From NCBI GenBank assembly GCA_951406725.2, contig OX597815.1:91636001-91700000 (forward strand): DNA of 64,000 nucleotides, in the 5' to 3' direction. The stretch comes from Octopus vulgaris. Taxonomy: Eukaryota. This document shows, in pieces, positions 1 through 13,094 of the stretch. The position numbers were made by a program, and so were the translations under genes. Below the pieces are notes generated by a model that was given only the letters and a program-made list of their open reading frames with translations, did no database searches and was not told the DNA's origin. Within the stretch, counting starts at the first letter, position 1. The number at the start of each line of letters is the position of its first letter.

Positions 1-377
1 ATCTTTTTTTATTGTGTCACTTTTTATAAAATTTTTTTTTTAATTTTCAAAATCTTTTGGGGCCTATTCATTGATACCACATTTGTGGCTGACATGGCTT
101 CCTGCTCTTATATAAGAAGCCTTGTTAAATCACAAGTAATCAAAGTTTATAAAAATTATGAAATATAAAATATATCCAAGGATAAACCTTATTCTTTCAC
201 CCTGAGGTAATGAGGAGAACACTAAAATATTTCTAAAGTCCTTTGTTGCGAAAATGAGATAGAGAAAGTTTACTTGCATCAAATTAAACGTGGTAAATCC
301 AGTTCTTTCCCAGAGCTATGTTATACTGCAAAGAACAATTATCATCATCATCATCATCATCATCAACATTATTATTA

Positions 378-603
378 TGGCAATAAGCTGGAAGAATCAT
401 TACCATGCCAAACAAAATGCTTAGCAGCATTTCTTCCAACTTTACATTCTGAGTTCAAATGCCACGATGGTCAACTTTACCTTTCGTCCCCTTGGAGTCG
501 ATATAAGGACAAATTGAGCACTGGATTCGATGTAAAGAACTTGCCCCCTACCCCAAAATGACTGGCCTTGTACCAAAATTTTTATTATTATTATTATTAT
601 TAT
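378..603 (+). mobile_element. tRNA-derived SINE, family A, with (TTA)n tail
   Basis: A-box-like AGCTGGAAGAATC, B-box-like GAGTTCAAAT, central ctttcgtccccttggagtcgat block and 3' ggccttgtaccaaaattt; homologous to copies at about 2.0, 2.2, 21.3, 34.6 and 53.3 kb. Confidence 0.75.
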
Positions 604-604
604 T

Positions 605-990
605 GTTGCCTTTGCACAGCTTCTAACACTGGAGATGTACAATGGTGTCAGCTGTTCACTACCAGTGAATTAAGATAACACCTTATTTTTCGAGCACCTT
701 CCAGAGTATTCGAGCAGTTCCAAGCTGTGCTGCTTTCTGCAAGTGCTCCACCCTTATTGCAGCCCCTATTTGTTCCACATACTTCTCGAGATTTTTGATC
801 ACTGTTCCCAGGGCTCCGACAATTATTGGTACTCCTGCTACCTTTGTCATCGACCACAACTGCTTTACCTCCCAAGCTAACCTGTCATACCTATCCACTT
901 TTCTTTCTTCCTTATCGCATACCTTGTTGTCAGCTGGGCATGCTATGTCTATGATCCAGCATAGTTTGTTTTCTTTCTCAATTAAGACTA
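605..990 (-). mobile_element. R4/Dong-type non-LTR retrotransposon 3' fragment (restriction-like endonuclease C-terminus plus short 3' UTR)
   Basis: Translation IIDIACPAD...KEERKVDRY..LAWEVKQLW...VPIIVGALG...LQKAAQLGTARILWKVLEK* (stop 683-685) matches the REL-domain end; (ATT)n on both sides. Confidence 0.85.
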
Positions 991-1014
991 TTATTATTTT
1001 TTTTATTATTGTTG

Positions 1015-1058
<44 letters not shown>

Positions 1059-1960
1059 GTGTGATGAAAACTCACAGCTTATTTTGGTGGGTATGATGGA
1101 AAGTGTCAGCTGTCCACAGCCAGCAGACTAAGATGACATCTGTTTACTGGTCATGCTTCAAGAACCCTGAAAAGAATTCTTGCAGTTCCAAGCAATGCTG
1201 ATTTTTGTAGGTGTTCTACCCTCACATTTGCCCCAGTCTTTTTCAGCCATGCTTGTAGTTAAGTGCTGATACTTCCAAGTGCACAAATTACTATTTATAT
1301 TACATCCACTCTCCTTATTGACCACAACCTTCATATTTCCCACTTCAAATTGTCATAGTTGTTTATTTTTTCTTCTTTCACTTTGATCCTGTTGTCACCA
1401 GGGCATGCTATGTCGATTATCATGCATGTTCTTTGTTTTTATTCACCACAACAATGTCCAGTTTCCAATCTCTGGTCAGGTGATCGCACCGGATCATTGC
1501 ATTCCACTTGCAATCCTCATTCTTGGTGACTCCTTCTGGGGTTTGCTCATACCATGTCTTTGCTCTTTGTAAGCCGTGATTTCCACAGAGCTCCCAATGG
1601 ATCATTCTTGCAACATTGTCATGGCATCTATTGTATCCGCATTGTGCTAATTTCAGGCATTCATTAACGATGTGCCATACTATTTCACCCTCTCACCACA
1701 CATTCTGCATTTGTTGCTGTAGATAGTGTTATCTATTCTGCATTTCACTTAGTTGATCCTTAATGCTTGTTTTTGAGCTGCACATATGAGTGCTTCTGTC
1801 TCTATCTTCAGGTCACTCCTCCTCATCCACAGCCACCGATCCTCTGTATCTGTACTGACATTCACATCTCTTGCAAACTGACTGTACATTTTCTTTTCTT
1901 TCTGTGCCTTTTCTTTTCTTTGTTCATTTCTTGTTTAAATTTTTCTCTCATTACTCAATT
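1059..1960 (-). mobile_element. Second, diverged R4/Dong-type fragment (CCHC knuckle plus REL domain), frameshifted
   Basis: Motifs ETEALICAAQKQALR, CRMCGE..WHIVNEC, HDNVARMIHWELC, KLDIVVVNK, LQKSALLGTARILFRVLEA*; stops and frameshifts; bounded by (ATT)n. Confidence 0.85.
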
Positions 1961-1992
1961 TTCAGTTTTAGTATTATTATTATTATTATTAA

Positions 1993-2365
1993 GGTAATGG
2001 ATTGATAGAATCATTAGAGACTTCGACAAAATGCCTTGTAGTATTTAGTTATAACTCTTTCTGTTTTGACTTCAAATCTCACCAAGATAAACTTTGCTTT
2101 GCAACAAAACAAAGTACCAGTCAAATACTGGAGTTGGCTTAATTGACTTACCTTATCCTACTAGTCAGAATAATTAGTACTCCAGACTAAATGCTTAGCA
2201 TCATTTTGTCTTTCTTTACATTTTGAGTTCAAACTCCACTGAGATCAACTTTGTCATTCATCCTTTCAAGGATCAATAAAATAAGTACCAGTTGATTATT
2301 GGGTTCAATATAATCGACTTACCCCCTCCCCCAAAATTTCAGGCCTTGTGCCTATAATAGAAAGG

Positions 2366-2406
<41 letters not shown>

Positions 2407-2410
2407 CATC
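1993..2410 (+). mobile_element. Two tandem family A SINE copies with (ATT)n tail
   Basis: Two successive aaatgc(c)tt...ttcaaa...aactttg...aagtaccag blocks; the second ends ggccttgtgcctataatagaaaggattattatt. Confidence 0.7.
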
Positions 2411-3029
2411 ATTACATAAATTAGTAAAAGGCCAAAATTATTTTACGAACCCCAAATGGGTGAAAGGTAAAGTCAACTTCAATTACATAAAATTAACATT
2501 TTCCATGACAAAAATGACAATGAAATTAACAGGTTTAAATACCTATGGTCTTATTTAGTTATATGTCATGTATCATTGTTACCTAACAGAAAAATACTTC
2601 TACTTTAGGCACTTGGTCAGCAAATTTAACAGACATGTTAGTCATTACCATCAACTGTTCACTGCTTCAATGAGTTAATGCCAACACCAACAGCGATACA
2701 TGACATATAACTAAATAAGACCATATGTATTTAAATTGAATATTTTACATCTTGATGCTTTACCTAACAATATATCACTCAGTATTCACTGTCTAACATA
2801 TTCTGCTGTTACAAGTTTTTTTTCGGTTTCTTCTTTTTTTTTATTTGTTTTCTTCATTAATGAAGTTTCATTTGATTAGTTGTTTTCATGTTTTATAATT
2901 CCTATAAATTTACACTTCCAAACATTCTCTTGCTAACACTGCAATTCATTCATAATTTCACTCACAAACAACAGCATTGCACAATTGTTTTGTTGCATTT
3001 GATTTGTAAACCATTTTCTATAGTTTTTA

Positions 3030-3031
3030 TG

Positions 3032-3066
<35 letters not shown>

Positions 3067-3083
3067 ATTTATGTATGTATGTA

Positions 3084-3122
<39 letters not shown>

Positions 3123-3322
3123 GTATTTATATATATATATATATGTATGTATTTATATATATATATATGTATGTATTTATGTATGTATATATATATATGT
3201 ATGTATTTATGTATGTATATATATATATATGTGTGTATGTATGTATTTATGTATGTATGTATATATGTGTGTGTGTGTGTATATATATGTATATATATAT
3301 ATGTGTGTGTATATATATATAT
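3030..3322. repeat. Compound (TA)n/(TG)n/(TATG)n microsatellite
   Basis: Directly visible. Confidence 0.95.
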
Positions 3323-4102
3323 TTAGGTTTTTTTTTGTTTTTGCCCTTGTTATTAGCTGTGAAAGGGCATTGGTGGGGAAACGTGTGACTTCTTGCAGAC
3401 AGGCCACAAGTAATAAAATTTCTGTGATTAGCAAAAACTTGAAAAAAGAAAGATAGAAAAAAAAGTGAGAGAAATCATGAAAGTGTGACATGCTAATTTC
3501 ATGTGTGTGTGTGTGTGTGTGTGTGCATGGCCATATGTGTGCATGTATGCGTAACAGTTTGTTTTCTATACTCTGCAAGAAATATTTGTCAGTATTCAAG
3601 TGCACCAAATTTGATTGTTAAACTTGTCAACAGCAATTAATTTTGGAAAGTTGCCAGTCTCACTTAGAAGAAACTCTGTTGAAAACAATAACAAAAAGAA
3701 AAGACTAACCCTTTGATCTTAGTAAAAAGAAAGAACAGAAAAGAAAGGCCAAAATGGTAATTATATTACATCATTGTAATTCATTACACTCAAATTTTGA
3801 GAGACATTTGTTTGTTTAATTTTCACTGTTTTGGGTTGTATTTTTTTGTTTTCATTTCCTTCACACTGTTCATTGTGGAAATTAAATAAAATGTAACAAA
3901 ATCACTAAGAAACATATTTTTTTTTTACTTTTAATTCTTCAGCTTAGCAATTCGATATCTTAATATCAAGCACCAGATTATTTAACTATATACACATTTA
4001 TACATATATTTATATTCTTATGTATATGCATATATATAGACCATTAGTTTCTGGGTAATCTCCCTTCTTCAGTACTTGTCTAGCCTATATATGTTTATTT
4101 AC

Positions 4103-4140
<38 letters not shown>

Positions 4141-4169
4141 GTGTTTTGTGTGTATGAATGTATGTTTGT

Positions 4170-4265
4170 AGGCATGAGTCTGGCTCTATGATTAAGAAGT
4201 TCTCTTTGCAACCATATGAATTCAGTACCACAGCACAGAATTTTAGACAAATGTTCTCTTCTACA
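4170..4265 (+). mobile_element. Family B SINE 5' fragment, decayed
   Basis: tggctctatgattaagaagttctctttgcaaccatatg...ttcagtaccacagcac matches the head of the 28668 copy. Confidence 0.55.
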
Positions 4266-4503
4266 GATAGAATCTTGCTTTAAGATACATGGAGTATTTT
4301 ATAAATATCCCTGTTCAGCTATCATAAAAGCATACAACTGTTAGTAGCTCTTTCAGTTGTGTATTAAATCTATATATATATATATACCATAATAAATACA
4401 ATATAACCAATTGCAAGAGAATGCAACTCTTGAAGCGAGCTCCTTAAAAACAGATCGCTGACTACTTGATAAATTCTTATAAAGATTTTATCCTATTTAA
4501 AAA

Positions 4504-4568
<65 letters not shown>

Positions 4569-4570
<2 letters not shown>

Positions 4571-4784
4571 AGAGGGTGCTAAAAAGTTCCTGGCTTTAAG
4601 GGTATCGCAAAAAGCCTGGGTGGAGGCCTAACCTTCTGAGTTTTTTATTACAGAGCTTAGAAAGACTGAAGGAGAGCTGAAATAAGTGTGTAAATCTGAG
4701 AGGGTAATATGTTAGATAGAATCTTAATTAACTGATCCTCCTGTATTCTCTTCTACCCAAAGCCAGGAACTTTTCAGCACCCTC

Positions 4785-4787
<3 letters not shown>
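4569..4787 (+). mobile_element. Mariner-derived MITE / internal deletion derivative
   Basis: About 29 bp TIRs caagagggtgct(a/g)aaaagttcctggcttt, 5' TA; interior encodes a decayed mariner C-terminus (NKCVNLRG*YV); microsatellites on both sides. Confidence 0.85.
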
Positions 4788-4850
<63 letters not shown>

Positions 4851-6904
4851 GGTGTCATTATCAATTTATATCAATTTTTTATACTGGTGTGGGTGTAACA
4901 GTCTTTCATTATCTTATACATACAAAAAAGAGTAAAAACATCAATGTTTGTTGCTGTCATGCTATATTTTTTACATATTCATACACACACACACATACAT
5001 ACATATACACACACACACACAGATTAGTCATTTTATTAGATATTCAATTCTGGTTTGGTGTTAACTACAAAAATATAGTTTGCTGCCAATTAATCAATGT
5101 TGAAATATCTCTAGCTGTTTCAAAGCAAACACCTTTATCAATAGCTATTTGTGGTCTTCATAATTAACAACTTGTAAATTATTTTCAGGAAATAATTAAC
5201 CTTGTCTTAAACAGATAAGAGAATGATGAAGCTATGTTAGTCAATAGAATGTCAGATTACAAGCCAAAGAGTCAGGGCTTCTCATCTTGTCATTTGCAGA
5301 CTGAGTCCAACTTGCAGTATATAGGTTTCTGTATGGTAGTGCAGCTTCATTATAATATAAAATGTTTTGTTGGATTCCCCTTCATCACATAACATTTATT
5401 ATCATTATCTTTCTTAAAACATAAGTTTCAGGAGACAGCATCTGCATTCTGAAGATACAGAGTTCTCACTGAAACAAGGGAAAGGAGAAAAATATAGAAC
5501 TGTATCAAGTCAGCAAAGGCAGAATCCAGTACCTTTTCATTTAATCAAATCTACTTCATATCTAAGCTAACACACACTCACACAGCCTCACTCTCACATG
5601 TACACATACAGCACTTGAGAAACATTATATTGAAAACTACTGATGTCAATATAACAGACTTGAGCAAATTCTTAGTATGCATTATTGCCAATGCAAGCAA
5701 GACACTGAAATGGTTGTATAAGGATTTTGTACAGAAGTATCAAAAGCAATCTGCAAATATTCATACTCATCTGATAACTACCAACACCTAAGTGAAGAAT
5801 ACAATACTAAAACTTACATAAATCCCAACATATTCTTTCTCTTTCTTTCTCACACAAACCCATACATATATACATGCACAAACATACACTCTGTCATAAT
5901 ATTTAACATATGAAGTATAATGTAGAAGTATCAAAAATGATAGCATGCTAGACCTAATGCCTTGTAGTATATTTCATTATATCTGTTTACATCAATGCAA
6001 ATTTAGACAGTACTAGGGGTTGAATCTGTCTCAAATCATCCCTCAAGGGTTATCATAGTTGATTTAACTGATTATACACCCCTCTCATATAAATGTGTGC
6101 ATTCATACCTATGCAAAAAAAAAAATCAATGTTAAGCAACATTTTAAAATGCATCAGACTCCGGAGCCTAATGGTATGCATTTCCTTTACTATCTCATCA
6201 TAACATAGTCTACTTAATGCAGATATAGATATTTCCTGCTTGCATCTATTATTTATTGCTATTTTTACATACTTATAGCTCTTTATAAATCCTTGAAAAT
6301 GGGTGTAAGACACAAGAGGAACAATGTAATGTTGTTTCAATTTTCACTTTAGCTAGAAACCAAGAAAAATTCTATCTAAATTTCGGTAAAAATCTAAACA
6401 ATTCAGTTGATATTATAGAACTACCGGGTTTGTGTCTATTTAATGTAAGTAATCACTATTAAACTTGCTAACTTGCTATAGTTATGTTTCAAAAATCACC
6501 TGTCACAAGACTAGCTTCCAAATACCTATACAAAGATATACACACATACACACACTTTCATATTCATATAGATGCACACACTCATATACCAAGTACATTA
6601 CAATAATAGTTTGTTGTATCAGGCACAGGACTACAAGCTCATGAGATAGATGCATTGTTCATTAATTCAACTTCCAATATAGTATAAGTAGTTATTTTAC
6701 CAATGCCCTGTAAAGTGAAAGAAGGTAAAGTTATCGCAGCTTAACCTCAGGTCAGTTCTATCTGAATAGGTCTGTGATCGATGGTGTTCTTATCATAAAT
6801 ATCACATGTTTATGTTTAAAGTATGACAACATCATCCAATCTGTCTTTTTTTTTCTATTTTTTTTTAAGGCAGCAGGATATGAGTTGAGAACATTCTGCT
6901 GCTA

Positions 6905-7455
6905 TTTCTAATTGGACAAGTCTTCATCCATATGCATCACATCTCCATTTAAGCAGTCTTTTTCCTTGCACACATTCTGCTTATGCCCAGTTTTTCTCTC
7001 AACACATTTGTACTTTACACATCCAGCAAAGTATGCTTGCTTCGTTTTTTGTTTGTTTTTTTTCTTTCTTCTTATCTTCTCAAATACCCTGTAATCAAGG
7101 CCCATGTCTCACTACCATGCAGCATTGCAGTTCTAACACAAGCATCACACACTCTGGTTTCCTGCTGTCTTGTACTGAAAGTTCAAAGAATCCATCCAGT
7201 CAGCTGCCTGCATTTCATTGCCAACTTACTAATATGCACATGGAACGATGCATCACAACTCATGTCAATGCCTATGTCACACACTGATTCTGATTCTGTA
7301 ACTGCAATCCCTCCAGATCCAGTGCATTAGTCTGCATTGCATTTAAATTTGTCCAGTGATAGCTTAGGGCTTGGAACTTGCCAACATTGAATTGCATATT
7401 ATTGCTGACAACCATCTTGTATATTGCATCTTACTCATGTTGCAGGTGCTTGCCA
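6905..7455 (-). mobile_element. Decayed RTE LINE fragment
   Basis: Minus strand encodes CDACVRTAMLHGSETWAL, matching VRTAMLHGSETWAI in the 54-56 kb RTE; boundaries approximate. Confidence 0.7.
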
Positions 7456-7456
7456 T

Positions 7457-7491
<35 letters not shown>

Positions 7492-8259
7492 TATAGCTAC
7501 ATATTGTGTGTGTGTGTGTGTATATATATACACACACGAACACACACACAAATATATGTTGTAATACTGATAATAGTCCAAGGGTAGAATATATATATAA
7601 AAATATATGCATGTGCACATCCATGCACTTGTGTGTGCAGTTGTGTATAAACATCTGTGAATCGATAAATTTATATACATGGATATACCAATCTCCGTAT
7701 GGCTTGATAAACAGATAAAAGCATGTGTGTATGAATTTCATACACACACACACACACACACATATACATGCACATGTATGTTCACACACATAACCATATA
7801 TTTTTCTTATCATCACAAGTAATGTACTTTAGTTTTAATAGAAGTGTTATACAGAATTGGTTTCATTTTCATCTCTAAAGAAATTCTAGATAAATATACT
7901 TTCCAATTCATTTTATTTCATGTCACTTCTCTGTTTTGTTTATGTATTTGCTTATTTATTTTGTTGATCTGTTTTATTGTATTTATTTGTTATTCTTCTT
8001 TTATTGTATTTATTTGTTATTCTTCTTTTCTACAAGAATTCTTTATGCCGATTATAAGTTAGATGTGAAGACATCATCTGGAATTGTCCCTATGCATTTA
8101 CGACGGTTCTGTCTAACAGACTTAAAACATCGATTAGAGTAGCTAAAGCATTAATACAATTTACATGTTTCAAAATAAGTAGCTACTAAGTGATTACACT
8201 AAAAAATATACAGACATGTATAAATATACATGCATAGACATTTATGCACACACATACTA

Positions 8260-8290
<31 letters not shown>

Positions 8291-8432
8291 CAAGCAAATA
8301 ATGAAAGTACTAGCATCACATTTATTCTTTGGTTAATGTTGTTTCCTGGCCCCCCTTTCATTTGCCTTTATACATATGTGTGTGTGTCTATGTATATGTA
8401 TATATATATATACACACACATGCACATGCATA

Positions 8433-8478
8433 CAGGGCGCAATAGGTAAGTTGTTGCCATTTTATATGCAGTATTGCA
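8433..8478. mobile_element. Isolated terminus of the maT/DD37D element
   Basis: tacagggcgcaataggtaagttgttgccattt resembles the TIR at 41881-41910; truncated by the adjacent RTE 3' end. Confidence 0.55.
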
Positions 8479-8479
8479 T

Positions 8480-9050
8480 ATCCGGCCCATTTAAAAGTAC
8501 CCCTGATATGTCAGGCAATATGATATGCTTGAGAAGACCTGTTGAGTCAAGTAAAACCAAAATCATAGCTGTGGCCAGGTCCACCTGACTAGCTCCCATG
8601 CCAGTAGCACGTAAAAAGCACTATCCAAACATGACCGATGCTAGCACCCACTGACTGGCTCCCATGCCAGTGGCACATAAAAAGCACCATCTGGACGTGG
8701 CCGATGCCAGTACCCCTGACTGGCTCCTGTGCTGGTGGCACATAAAAAGCACCATCCAAATGTGGCCAATGCCAGTACCCCCTGACTGGCTCCTGTGCCA
8801 GTGGCACATAAAACACACTATCCAAACATGATCAATGCCAGGCCCACCTGATTTGCTCCTGTGCTGGTGACATGTAAAAAGCACCCACTACACTTTCGGA
8901 GTGGTTGGTGTTAAGAAGGGCATCCAGCTGTAGAAACTCTGCCAGATCAGACTGGAGCCTGGTGCAGCCGCTGGCTCTCCAGACTTCAGTCAAACCATCC
9001 AACCCATGCCAACATGGAAAATGGATGTCAAATGATGATGATGATGATGA
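8480..9050 (+). mobile_element. 5'-truncated RTE LINE 3' UTR with five ~66 bp internal tandem repeats and (GAT)n tail
   Basis: Collinear with 56020-56388; aaaaagcac-type anchor recurs at 8613, 8679, 8744, 8810 and 8876. Confidence 0.85.
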
Positions 9051-9295
9051 CATACATATAGAATATACCTCAATACCACATTATCATGTATAATGTATAT
9101 AATATATATATCATCATGATATATATATGTGTGTGTGTGTGTGTATCAGCAGCAGCAGCATCATCATTTTAGATCTACTTTCTGTGCTGAGATGTATGTG
9201 TGTGTGTAATAAATATCCTGACACATTCATTTACACAAAAACTGGGGTTTTTTTTTCCATATTCCATATTTTTCAAATATTTAATCTATGATATA

Positions 9296-10887
9296 CTAGC
9301 AATGCACCTCGGCATTGCTGAATGTTATGACCTACAGCCACATTATATTATTTGTTCCTTTCTTATGGGCAGAATCAACACATGAGGGGTATCAAGCAAA
9401 CAACTCTTCTTTATAAACATATTTTACGGTAATTTTCTGATGAACAATACTGAAATTTTTTTAGCTTAGATGAGAAGAAAATCCTAACATTGGCACCAAA
9501 ATGGCCTGTAAATTGTGCGACTCTGCCACATTTTGGTGTTAATTTTTGTAGTAAAATAGGGTTGCTGTACAAAAAACTTACTTTTAAGTTGGTAACCAAA
9601 AGATTGCTCAATCTTTTGATATCTCATGCAGCAATATTGGCAACTCAATTTCATGGTTACAAATGTAGAAGCTGAAATAGTTCTTATCCATCCCATAATA
9701 TTTGTTGATAACTGTGAAAAGCACACATACACATTAGCTTCCCAATCAAAAGGCCATATTCAAAAGTATTATGGTTTTCTGCAAGCATATTTGGTATCAG
9801 TTTATATCAATGTTGAGAATTAAAAAAAGGACTTTTGGGACTGTATGTATATGTACATACATAAGGATATGAGTAAACAGGGTTGGTGATGTGGGAAGTT
9901 TGACATAAATGTATAGGGATGCTGTGATTCATGAAAATAAATGGTTTATGCTGGTATGCATAGGTGGGGCTGTAGTGATGGAGTGATGTATGACTTATTG
10001 GCTGATGAACGGTAAAAGCCTAAGAAATAAAGTAAAGTATATTAATGAGTTGCACAAGGAAAGGACTTTATTTTGCTTTTGAGTGCAAACATACAAAAGT
10101 AAACAATTGAGACTTAGGGGTGTAAAGAAATTGATGCCAAATGAGAACGTAGAAGTATCCATATTGCAGAAGGTAAGGTACATGGAAAGAAAGTTGCTTC
10201 ATTGTGAGAGTGCCATCTCTGTAATGTTTGAGCTGACAGCACACTTCATATGTTCAGTGAAGCCAACAATACTTAAGGCAGGGAGGTGATGGGTGGACTG
10301 CGGGGAAGGGGCATTGAGTGTTTCTTTTAAGAAAAATTAAAATTTAGAAAAAAAAATTTCCAGTTTTGTAATTTTTATATTCTTTATGTGGATTAAAAGA
10401 AAAAAATTCGAAAATAAGTCAAGAATTATGAAATTGGGGGTGGGGAAAATTAAAATTTTGTAAATGTTATTTTTTGGGGAAAAAAACAAGTGGAAGTGGG
10501 TGGTATGGAAAATGTGCTGCAAAAGCATGTTTCTTTTTGGTCATTTTCTGTTGACAAATAGGGTTTTGTGCATCACAAATGCACTCATAACACTTCTTAT
10601 ACATAGTTGCATTTTTTGACACCAAAAACATTATAATTTGCAATTACTGTAGATCAGAAGCAAATCCAAATATTGCCCGAAAATGACCTCTAAATTGTGT
10701 GACCCAACCTCATTTATGAGGTTATTTTTGTAGTAAAAAGAGTTGTGCAAAAAATCATACTTTATTTGATAGCTGAAAGATTACTGAATCTTTTGATACC
10801 TCATACATCAAAATCGACAACTCCGTTTTCAAATCCACAAGGAACATACACAACACACGCACACACTAACTCTGTTTTTTAGACAGA
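9296..10887 (-). mobile_element. Probable old non-autonomous Helitron with internal ~300 bp duplication
   Basis: Minus strand begins a|TCtgtctaaaaaacagagttagtgtgtg and ends tcagcaatgccga (hairpin)...gCTAG|t; 9410-9740 and 10595-10870 are diverged direct copies. Confidence 0.55.
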
Positions 10888-11239
10888 TATTCCTTATTAC
10901 TTATATTTATTCTATTTACATTTAATAATGTCTCAAGCCTGGCGTCTGAGTTGTTATTTACTTCCATAGTATTTAGTGTTATAATTTTTTGCTGTTTATT
11001 TTTTTACTAATATTGTGCAGTGTAAATTGTAGTTCCTTGATATTTGATGCTATAATCATCTAGTTCAATAACAAGGGGGATAGTATTAACTAACCTTAAG
11101 GACAGCAGTATCACCTTGGTTTAACTATACATGGAGAAAGAGGATGTCAGCTTGGTCTCTCAACAGTAAATCCAGTAAATCTCATTTTATTCTAATATAA
11201 AGGCCAATAACCTTAAAATAGAATTTGGGAGCTTGTGAT

Positions 11240-11435
11240 ATCACTCAATTTGGTAGAAATAGCAGACAAATCACTTTCAAATCACACTTTATTATCTTTG
11301 AAGAAGAGGAATGACATACTAGATAATATAATCCTTGATATCCCTAAAATGGTAGGATAGTCCTGGATGGAACCGTTTTGATGATGGAACTGCTTGATTC
11401 AAACTGAGTTGAAGTCAAACTACATCAACAACTAA
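11240..11435 (+). repeat. Family C dispersed repeat (ctagaaatagcagcc type)
   Basis: gtagaaatagcagacaaatc...aaatcacac start and taaacaacaac-like end; related copies near 11575, 19720, 51260, 52655, 53910 (+) and 6720, 28160, 31760 (-). Confidence 0.6.
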
Positions 11436-11574
11436 TGTCTCCTATGGTTGTCTTTAGTCTAGCTGATGTTAGCTGTTTAACGTCAACAATTCAGTCACTA
11501 ATATTGTTTCTATCTTATAGTGAGATCAGGGAGTGACCTCACTAGTGAAAAATTAATGACATCACCAATCAACA

Positions 11575-11765
11575 AAGCCATTTAGCCTGCTGAAGATAGC
11601 AGCCAAATAACTCACAAATTACATCTTACTATCCTAATTAAAAGAAGGAACACATTTTGATATGTAGTCTGAGATATGTGAAAAACAAACATAATGCTTA
11701 TGACTAGTGTGCCTTCAATTTTAGTTTCACTTGATTAGAAGTGATCTGTGCTTAAACAATAACTA
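11575..11765 (+). repeat. Family C dispersed repeat
   Basis: cctgctgaagatagcagccaaat...cttaaacaataac. Confidence 0.6.
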
Positions 11766-12581
11766 CATAGCATTTTTATAAACTCTGTCCTCTGGCAATA
11801 AGCACAGCACTCTCAATACAATCCAACAGATGTCAGTGATGTCACTGAAATCACCTTAAACCATGCTCAGCAAAATAAACTTATAACAGCATCATCATTA
11901 TCATCATCCCATGCTGTCAGGGATCAAACAGGATGTAAAATATAGCATATTGCAATTCTCAAAGTACTTGATTCAGCATTCATCATATTTCATTTTATTG
12001 CAGTTTATGCTTGGATGCTTGCCTTTTTATTGCCAAGCACACACTGAATAGTCAGAACATATTGGTACTCGCACTAGAAATTTTGTTGGGACACTCGCCT
12101 CTTTTTATCATTTATTGATCTTATTTTGGAGTAGCTGTCCTCCTAGACTAGCTACCTTTATTGGAACATAAAGAGCCTCCTTACTATTATGTAGGAAATG
12201 GAATATCCTGTCATATTATCATGAGTGCTTATTTCCCAGACAGGTCATCTTCACAAGTAGGCATAAAAAATATTATGAGCTGAGATCTTGGGACTCTGGA
12301 TCTCGCAAAAGGATCCCAATGAGTGGGAATGTCTTGTATCGCATACACATCCAACCTATGAAAACATTAAAATTATGCTGATTATAGTAAGTGCATCAGT
12401 TTTATCAAATCACAGCTAATAAGGAAATCAATGCATAACCCTTGAATCTGCTATGAAAAAATTCTGGCTTTGACCATAAGATCTTTCATCATAGGTCTGC
12501 ATTATCAAGTTTGACTGGGCATTAAACAAGATCAGCTAATGTAGACTAAAGGCCATTAGAGTTAATGATGCCTTACAAATA

Positions 12582-13094
12582 TCTATATATATAAAACTGT
12601 AGTTGTGTGAGTGTCTGTCCCCTTCGATTTAGATTCCTAACTACTCCCACATTTTGCGGTGCAGTTTAACCAAATTCGGGTATCTTATAGTCGTGATTCA
12701 TATCGAGCCCGTCTGGCTATTAGCGCGCGTCTACGATGAGTCTACGATTTTAAAAATAATTTAACATCATTTTTTATTCCATTTTAATGCATAATTTTCC
12801 GTGTGTCGATGGTGGTGGAGTTGGCATCCACGCTCACATCTGCACCTGTTTGCTTCTCCCCCTTCTTCCCTCCCTCGTGAAGCTGTGGGGAAGGGAGTGT
12901 AAGGAAATCAACGTCGTAAAGTGTTGTCAAGGAGACCAGCGTTCTTTTAGAACAACAACTTCATGGCTTGAAGACACCAAAACAGAAATGGCTAAGAAAG
13001 CCCGAATTGGCATCTATAAGGGAAGTAACTCTCTAAAAATGCTTATATAGTTATTTCCCTTACAAACCCAAGCAACGCCGGGCGATACTGCTAG
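12582..13094 (+). mobile_element. Young non-autonomous Helitron
   Basis: a|TCtatatatataaaac 5' end, subterminal hairpin cccaagcaacgccggg, CTAG|t 3' end, inserted between A and T with no TSD, CpG-rich relative to flanks. Confidence 0.85.

Noticed and set aside
274-561. 95 aa ORF with a poly-His run
   Set aside because: The His run is a (CAT)n microsatellite and the rest reads through a SINE
3325-3420. Possible exon ttattAG|ctgtgaaagggcattgg...|GTaata
   Set aside because: Weak donor, stops in two frames and no recognisable peptide
2888-3608. Long overlapping ORFs rich in Y/I/C/V/M
   Set aside because: Translations of (TA)n/(TG)n repeats; the same applies to ORFs at 7.4, 15.7, 49.4, 50.5 and 60.7 kb
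8580-8890. CRISPR-like regularly spaced repeats
   Set aside because: Whole units are homologous with no unique spacers, there are no cas genes, and the context is a eukaryotic LINE 3' UTR
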